Positions 59,526 through 64,000 of a DNA stretch of 64,000 nt are shown one piece after another (the first letter of the stretch is position 1; each line of letters begins with the position of its first letter). The DNA is taken from assembly GCF_003991155.1 (NCBI RefSeq), contig NZ_CP031293.1; one strand, 5' to 3'. The notes below the pieces were generated by a model that searched no databases, had not been told where the DNA came from, and worked only from the letters and a program-made list of their open reading frames with translations. The translations under genes and the position numbers were made by a program. Source of the DNA: Escherichia coli. GTDB taxonomy: Bacteria; Pseudomonadota; Gammaproteobacteria; Enterobacterales; Enterobacteriaceae.

Positions 59526-59680
59526 CGCATCCTCACGATAATATCCGGGTAGGCGCGATCACTTTCGTCTACTCCATTACAAAGCGAGGCTGGGTATTTC
59601 CCGGCCTTTCTGTTATCAGAAATCCACTGAAAGCACAGCGGCTGGCTGAGGAGATAAATAATAAACGGGGGGCTGTATGA
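59522..59680 (+). CDS. 52-aa protein (lambda orf60a-like)
   Basis: Read by hand: [56 protein letters not shown] overlaps at both ends. Confidence 0.6.
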   Translation: MTHPHDNIRVGAITFVYSITKRGWVFPGLSVIRNPLKAQRLAEEINNKRGAV

Positions 59681-60234
59681 CTGATTTCACCGGAAGCAAT
59701 ACTCCTGCCGAACATCGCGACAGCTGGCGCACACCACCAGAGATTTTTGCTGCGCTTAATGCAGAGTTCGTTTTTCAACTTGATGCTGCAGCCAGCGAAA
59801 AAAACCGACTATGTCGGCTTTTTATCTCACAGGAGCAGAACACATTAACCACTTCATGGCCTGAAGCAATGGGATATGCCTCTGGTTATGTCTGGTTGAA
59901 TCCACCATACAGCAATATTTCCCCTTTTGTGAAAAAGGCAGCCACTGAAAACAAATTCAGTAGTGTGGGATGTGTAATGTTATTGCCTGCTGACACATCT
60001 GTCGGATGGTTTCATGAAGCGATACAAACCGCCAGTGAGGTCAGATTCATCACGGCAGGACGACTGGCATTTATTAACCCACTCACCGGGAAACCCGTCA
60101 GTGGAAATAATAAAGGCTCGATGCTCATTATCTGGCACCCATACCCCCGTACACACTGCCACTTTACGACCGTTGATCGTGGAGAGTTGATGGCGTTCGG
60201 CTCAAGGATTCTTGCCCGTCGGGAGGCTGCATGA
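59677..60234 (+). CDS. Phage-type DNA N6-adenine methyltransferase
   Basis: 185 aa, WRTPPEIFAALNAEFVFQLDAAAS...YVWLNPPYSNISPFVKKA (NPPY catalytic motif). Confidence 0.8.
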   Translation: MTDFTGSNTPAEHRDSWRTPPEIFAALNAEFVFQLDAAASEKNRLCRLFISQEQNTLTTSWPEAMGYASGYVWLNPPYSNISPFVKKAATENKFSSVGCVMLLPADTSVGWFHEAIQTASEVRFITAGRLAFINPLTGKPVSGNNKGSMLIIWHPYPRTHCHFTTVDRGELMAFGSRILARREAA

Positions 60235-60314
60235 CAACCACGGAATGCATTTTTCTGGCAGCGGGCTTCATATTCTGTGTGCTTATGCTTGCCGACATGG
60301 GACTTGTTCAATGA
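60231..60314 (+). CDS. 27-aa hydrophobic peptide (tentative)
   Basis: MTTTECIFLAAGFIFCVLMLADMGLVQ. ATGA-coupled to both the methylase stop and the next ORF start. Confidence 0.35.
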   Translation: MTTTECIFLAAGFIFCVLMLADMGLVQ

Positions 60315-60526
60315 CACCTCAGCAGGAAAACGCCCTTCGCAGCATTGCCCGTCAGGCTAATTCTGAAATCAAAAAAGCCAGACAGCAGTTTCCGGATAAA
60401 AACGTCGATGACATTTGCCGTAGCGTACTGAAGAAGCACCGCGAAACGGTAACGCTGATGGGATTCACACCGACTCATTTAAGCCTGGCGATCGGCATGT
60501 TAAACGGCGTCTTTAAGGAGCGATGA
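60311..60526 (+). CDS. 71-aa early-left hypothetical protein
   Basis: MTPQQENALRSIARQANSEIKKARQQFPDKNVDDI.... The ATG is coupled to the upstream ORF. Confidence 0.5.
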   Translation: MTPQQENALRSIARQANSEIKKARQQFPDKNVDDICRSVLKKHRETVTLMGFTPTHLSLAIGMLNGVFKER

Positions 60527-60624
60527 ACATGAAAAGCAAAATCATCAGGGAGCTACAGGCTCCTTTTTTATTGTTCGCATTCATCCTCAAGCGTATTAAC
60601 CAACAATTCAGGGATTAATGGAAG

Positions 60625-60843
60625 ATGGCAGACATCATTGATTCAGCATCAGAAATCGAAGAATTACAGCGCAATACAGCAATAAAAATGCGTCGTCTGA
60701 ACTACCAGACTGTATCCGCAACTCATTGTTGTGAGTGTGGCGATCCGATAGATGAGCGAAGACGCCTGGCTGTTCAGGGTTGTCGGACTTGTGCAAGTTG
60801 CCAGGAGGAGATCGAACTTAAGAACAAACAATGGGGACTGTGA
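60625..60843 (+). CDS. TraR/DksA-family C4 zinc-finger protein
   Basis: 72 aa with CCECGDPIDERRRLAVQGCRTCASC (CxxC-N17-CxxC). Confidence 0.8.
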   Translation: MADIIDSASEIEELQRNTAIKMRRLNYQTVSATHCCECGDPIDERRRLAVQGCRTCASCQEEIELKNKQWGL

Positions 60844-60890
60844 TGGCCTCAAAGCAGCAAATTTCAACATCGTCCAACTGAGGTGTAAAA

Positions 60891-61169
60891 ATGTTCAGAA
60901 TCATTTTTCCTAACACCTGGTACGTCGACCACCACGGCACTCCCTGCAAAATCCTGCGTTCTACCCACAACAAAGTTCACTACATCCGAAAAGGCAGAAC
61001 ATGTATCGCCAGCATGTTCCGCTTTAATCATGACTTTGAACCTGTGAATAAAGCTGATGCAGATCGGATAGCAGAAGAGATCGAAACGGCAGAACACATT
61101 AAGAAGTTACGTGACATGCGTTCAAAAAGCAGAGGTAACCATGGAATCATACAGCCTCACACTCGATGA
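60891..61169 (+). CDS. 92-aa hypothetical protein (DUF4222-like by eye)
   Basis: Intact ORF upstream of xis. Motif HHGTPCKILRSTHNKVHYIRKG. Confidence 0.45.
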   Translation: MFRIIFPNTWYVDHHGTPCKILRSTHNKVHYIRKGRTCIASMFRFNHDFEPVNKADADRIAEEIETAEHIKKLRDMRSKSRGNHGIIQPHTR

Positions 61170-61512
61170 GGCCTGTCAGTTTCTTAAGATATCCAGACCA
61201 ACCGCCACCAACTGGATACGAACAGGCCGCCTACAGGCAACACGTAAAGATCCAACCAAGCCAAAATCTCCTTACCTCACAACACGGCAAGCCTGCATTG
61301 CGGCGCTTCAGTCTCCGCTGCATACTGTCCAGGTGAGCGCGGGTGATGGCATAACAGAGGAAAGAAAATGTCACTCTTCCGCAGAAATGAAATATGGTAT
61401 GCCTCGTATTCGCTCCCGGGCGGGAAACGAATTAAGGAATCTCTTGGCACAAAGGACAAGCGGCAAGCTCAGGAGTTGCACGACAAGCGAAAAGCAGAAC
61501 TCTGGCGAGTAG
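61141..61512 (+). CDS. xis: Excisionase-like HTH protein (DLP12 XisD-like)
   Basis: Trimmed to [35 protein letters not shown]. The ORF runs 145 nt past the int ATG. Confidence 0.6.
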   Translation: MESYSLTLDEACQFLKISRPTATNWIRTGRLQATRKDPTKPKSPYLTTRQACIAALQSPLHTVQVSAGDGITEERKCHSSAEMKYGMPRIRSRAGNELRNLLAQRTSGKLRSCTTSEKQNSGE

Positions 61513-62531
61513 AAAAGCTAGGGGATTTACCTGATGTCACTTTTGAAGAGGCCTGCCTAAGATGGCTTGAGGAAAAAGCTGATAAAAAATCTCTCGATTC
61601 AGATAAAAGCCGGATTGAGTTCTGGCTTGAACATTTTGAGGGTATAAGGCTTAAAGATATCTCGGAGGCAAAGATTTACTCTGCTGTAAGCAGAATGCAT
61701 AACAGAAAGACGAAAGAAATATGGAAACAGAAAGTTCAGGCCGCCATCAGGAAAGGTAAAGAACTGCCTGTTTATGAACCAAAGCCAGTATCAACTCAGA
61801 CAAAGGCAAAGCATCTTGCCATGATAAAGGCCATTCTCCGTGCTGCAGAACGCGACTGGAAGTGGCTGGAAAAAGCGCCTGTCATCAAGATACCAGCGGT
61901 CAGAAACAAGCGAGTCAGATGGCTGGAAAAGGAGGAAGCAAAACGCCTTATTGATGAGTGCCCCGAACCACTGAAATCTGTCGTCAAGTTTGCGCTGGCA
62001 ACTGGTCTGAGAAAGTCGAACATCATAAATCTGGAATGGCAACAAATCGACATGCAGCGACGAGTTGCCTGGGTGAATCCAGAAGAGAGCAAATCAAACC
62101 GCGCCATTGGTGTGGCGCTGAACGATACCGCCTGTAAAGTGTTGCGTGATCAAATAGGCAAGCATCGCAAATGGGTGTTTGTACATACCAAGGCGGCTAA
62201 GCGAGCAGATGGAACATCAACGCCTGCGGTCAGGAAGATGCGCATCGACAGCAAGACATCATGGCTATCAGCTTGTCGTCGTGCAGGAATTGAAGATTTC
62301 CGTTTCCATGACCTCAGACACACCTGGGCAAGCTGGCTGATTCAGTCAGGCGTCCCATTATCAGTGCTTCAGGAAATGGGCGGATGGGAGTCCATAGAAA
62401 TGGTTCGTAGGTATGCTCACCTTGCGCCTAATCATTTGACAGAGCATGCGAGGAAAATAGACGACATTTTTGGTGATAATGTCCCAAATATGTCCCACTC
62501 TGGAATTATGGAGGATATAAAGAAGGCGTAA
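61368..62531 (+). CDS. intD: Tyrosine integrase (IntD / phage-21 type)
   Basis: 387 aa. [20 protein letters not shown] and VRRYAHL (R-H-R-Y catalytic set). Ends 15 nt from the argU 3' end. Confidence 0.95.
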   Translation: MSLFRRNEIWYASYSLPGGKRIKESLGTKDKRQAQELHDKRKAELWRVEKLGDLPDVTFEEACLRWLEEKADKKSLDSDKSRIEFWLEHFEGIRLKDISEAKIYSAVSRMHNRKTKEIWKQKVQAAIRKGKELPVYEPKPVSTQTKAKHLAMIKAILRAAERDWKWLEKAPVIKIPAVRNKRVRWLEKEEAKRLIDECPEPLKSVVKFALATGLRKSNIINLEWQQIDMQRRVAWVNPEESKSNRAIGVALNDTACKVLRDQIGKHRKWVFVHTKAAKRADGTSTPAVRKMRIDSKTSWLSACRRAGIEDFRFHDLRHTWASWLIQSGVPLSVLQEMGGWESIEMVRRYAHLAPNHLTEHARKIDDIFGDNVPNMSHSGIMEDIKKA

Positions 62532-62544
62532 CTGATTGAATTGT

Positions 62545-62591
62545 AATGGCGCGCCCTGCAGGATTCGAACCTGCGGCCCACGACTTAGAAG
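62545..62591. repeat. att repeat (int-proximal copy) overlapping the 3' part of argU
   Basis: Identical 47-mer to 13821-13867. Confidence 0.9.
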
Positions 62592-62623
62592 GTCGTTGCT
62601 CTATCCAACTGAGCTAAGGGCGC
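62547..62623 (-). tRNA. argU: tRNA-Arg (anticodon UCU)
   Basis: The reverse complement reads GCGCCCTTAGCTCAGTTGGATAGAGCAACGACCTTCTAAGTCGTGGGCCGCAGGTTCGAATCCTGCAGGGCGCGCCA, 77 nt, with CT-TCT-AA in the anticodon loop. Confidence 0.97.
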
Positions 62624-62654
62624 GTTGATACCGCAATGCGGTGTAATCGCGTGA

Positions 62655-62682
62655 ATTATACGGTCAACCCTTGCTGAGTCAA
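62655..62682 (-). promoter_or_regulatory. argU promoter
   Basis: Minus strand TTGACT-16 nt-TATAAT, with the -10 hexamer ending ~31 nt upstream of the tRNA 5' end. Confidence 0.55.
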
Positions 62683-62864
62683 TGGCTTTTGATCTGGTTG
62701 CTGAACAAGTGAACGACCGCGTCTGATTTTCTGATTTATTTCGTTATAGCGGCAAACAAACGCACACCGCTGCGCGTCTGAATCAAGAAAACCCGTATTT
62801 TCATGTATCAAGTACAATTTCCCGCCCTAACGGAAAATTGTCCGATCCAATGAGACTGGTAACT

Positions 62865-63497
62865 ATGAAACCAACGTCGGTGATCATTATGGATACTCAT
62901 CCTATCATCAGAATGTCTATTGAAGTTCTGTTGCAAAAAAACAATGAATTGCAAATTGTCCTGAAAACGGATGATTATCGCATAACCATCGATTATCTCC
63001 GAACCCGTCCTGTTGATTTAATCATTATGGATATAGACTTGCCCGGAACAGACGGTTTTACCTTCCTGAAAAGGATCAAACAAATCCAGAGTACAGTGAA
63101 AGTATTATTTTTATCATCGAAATCAGAATGCTTTTATGCTGGCAGAGCGATACAAGCTGGTGCTAACGGTTTTGTCAGTAAATGCAATGATCAGAATGAT
63201 ATTTTTCATGCCGTTCAGATGATCCTCTCCGGATACACTTTTTTTCCCAGCGAAACGCTCAACTATATAAAAAGCAATAAATGCAGTACGAATAGTTCAA
63301 CGGTCACGGTGCTATCTAATCGTGAAGTAACCATATTACGTTATCTGGTTAGCGGATTATCTAATAAAGAAATTGCCGATAAGTTATTACTTAGCAATAA
63401 AACAGTTAGTGCACATAAATCTAATATTTATGGCAAGCTAGGTTTGCATTCAATTGTAGAGCTTATCGACTACGCCAAATTATATGAATTAATATAA
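62865..63497 (+). CDS. fimZ: FimZ (SfmZ) LuxR/NarL-family response regulator
   Basis: Trimmed to MKPTSVIIMDTHPIIRMSIEVLL, giving 210 aa. C-terminal LuxR HTH LSNREVTILRYLVSGLSNKEIADKLLLSNKTVSAHK. Confidence 0.9.
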   Translation: MKPTSVIIMDTHPIIRMSIEVLLQKNNELQIVLKTDDYRITIDYLRTRPVDLIIMDIDLPGTDGFTFLKRIKQIQSTVKVLFLSSKSECFYAGRAIQAGANGFVSKCNDQNDIFHAVQMILSGYTFFPSETLNYIKSNKCSTNSSTVTVLSNREVTILRYLVSGLSNKEIADKLLLSNKTVSAHKSNIYGKLGLHSIVELIDYAKLYELI

Positions 63498-63499
63498 TA

Positions 63500-64000
63500 T
63501 TAATTATAATTGATCATAAATATCGCATCCGCTTTCGCCACACCAGGCTGAACACCGCTGGCTAACGCTCGATAATTGGCAAAAAAGTTTAGTGTGACAT
63601 TGCCATTAGCATCAACTTCCTCAGTCGAGCTCGCCTCCCCCAGTGCGAGCCGGGAGCGATCGCTATTACGTAATTCGATGGCGACGGTTTGTGCCATTGC
63701 GGGATCATCCAGAGCCAGCAGGTTGGCATCAGATGCCGGCGTTCCCGTAAATAAAATCGCAACTGAACCCGGAGGACATCCCTCCAGCCGCAGGCTAAAA
63801 GGGACGAGTGCCGTGGTATCGCCAGCGCTCAGTAATTGTGTCGTAGGCCATCTGCCTAAATCTACCGTCTTATCCTTATCCGCTGTGTTTACGGTACAGG
63901 AGAAATCAACAACGTTACCGTGCAAATTGATATTAATCGTTCCTAAAGGGTCAACTGCCCATCCACTGGAACTCCACAGTAGCCCGCAGAAACAGCTAAA
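63500..64000 (-). CDS. sfmF: SfmF fimbrial subunit-like protein, C-terminal part (start beyond window end)
   Basis: The reverse frame ends ...GVAKADAIFMINYN, a fimbrial subunit C-terminus. The frame stays open to position 64000. Confidence 0.8.
   Translation of the reverse strand, partial: FSCFCGLLWSSSGWAVDPLGTININLHGNVVDFSCTVNTADKDKTVDLGRWPTTQLLSAGDTTALVPFSLRLEGCPPGSVAILFTGTPASDANLLALDDPAMAQTVAIELRNSDRSRLALGEASSTEEVDANGNVTLNFFANYRALASGVQPGVAKADAIFMINYN

Overview
The window is Escherichia coli chromosome, seen in reverse orientation relative to K-12. Positions 1-13.8 kb are core genes: cusA (partial), cusB, cusF, cusC, cusRS, nfrBA, ybcH and envY. Positions 62.5-64 kb are core genes argU, fimZ and sfmF (partial). 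Between them lies a ~48.8 kb lambdoid prophage (13821-62591) integrated in tRNA-Arg argU. It is bounded by a 47-bp direct repeat of the argU 3' end. This is the site where K-12 carries the decayed DLP12 prophage. Here the element looks complete and mosaic. It has a lambda-type packaging/head/tail block (Nu1 to J, lom, stf), lambda R/Rz/Rz1/bor with a non-lambda holin, and a DLP12-type nin/Q block (ylcH, ybcN, ninE, ybcO, rusA, ylcG, quuD-like Q). It also has lambda-like ren/P and a chimeric O with new iterons, a non-lambda immunity region (YdaS-like Cro, YdaT-like CII analogue, S24 CI repressor), lambda Gam/Bet/Exo, a phage Dam methylase, and DLP12-type xis/int. Several visibly AT-rich cargo islands interrupt this backbone. 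(i) A two-gene opposite-strand cassette between Q and the holin, encoding a Zn-ribbon/YejK-like protein with a poly-A frameshift plus a 404-aa membrane protein. (ii) Two small genes directly behind cI, in the rexAB position. (iii) A nin-region island with two unknown genes, a large serine recombinase (ybcK-like) and emrE. (iv) An att-proximal island with ompT, a secreted S33 alpha/beta-hydrolase, a methyltransferase flanked by tfa remnants, and an unusual small fibre module. My best candidates for an undescribed system are (i) and (ii). All calls come from reading the ORF translations and the sequence by eye. No database search or numeric composition analysis was possible.
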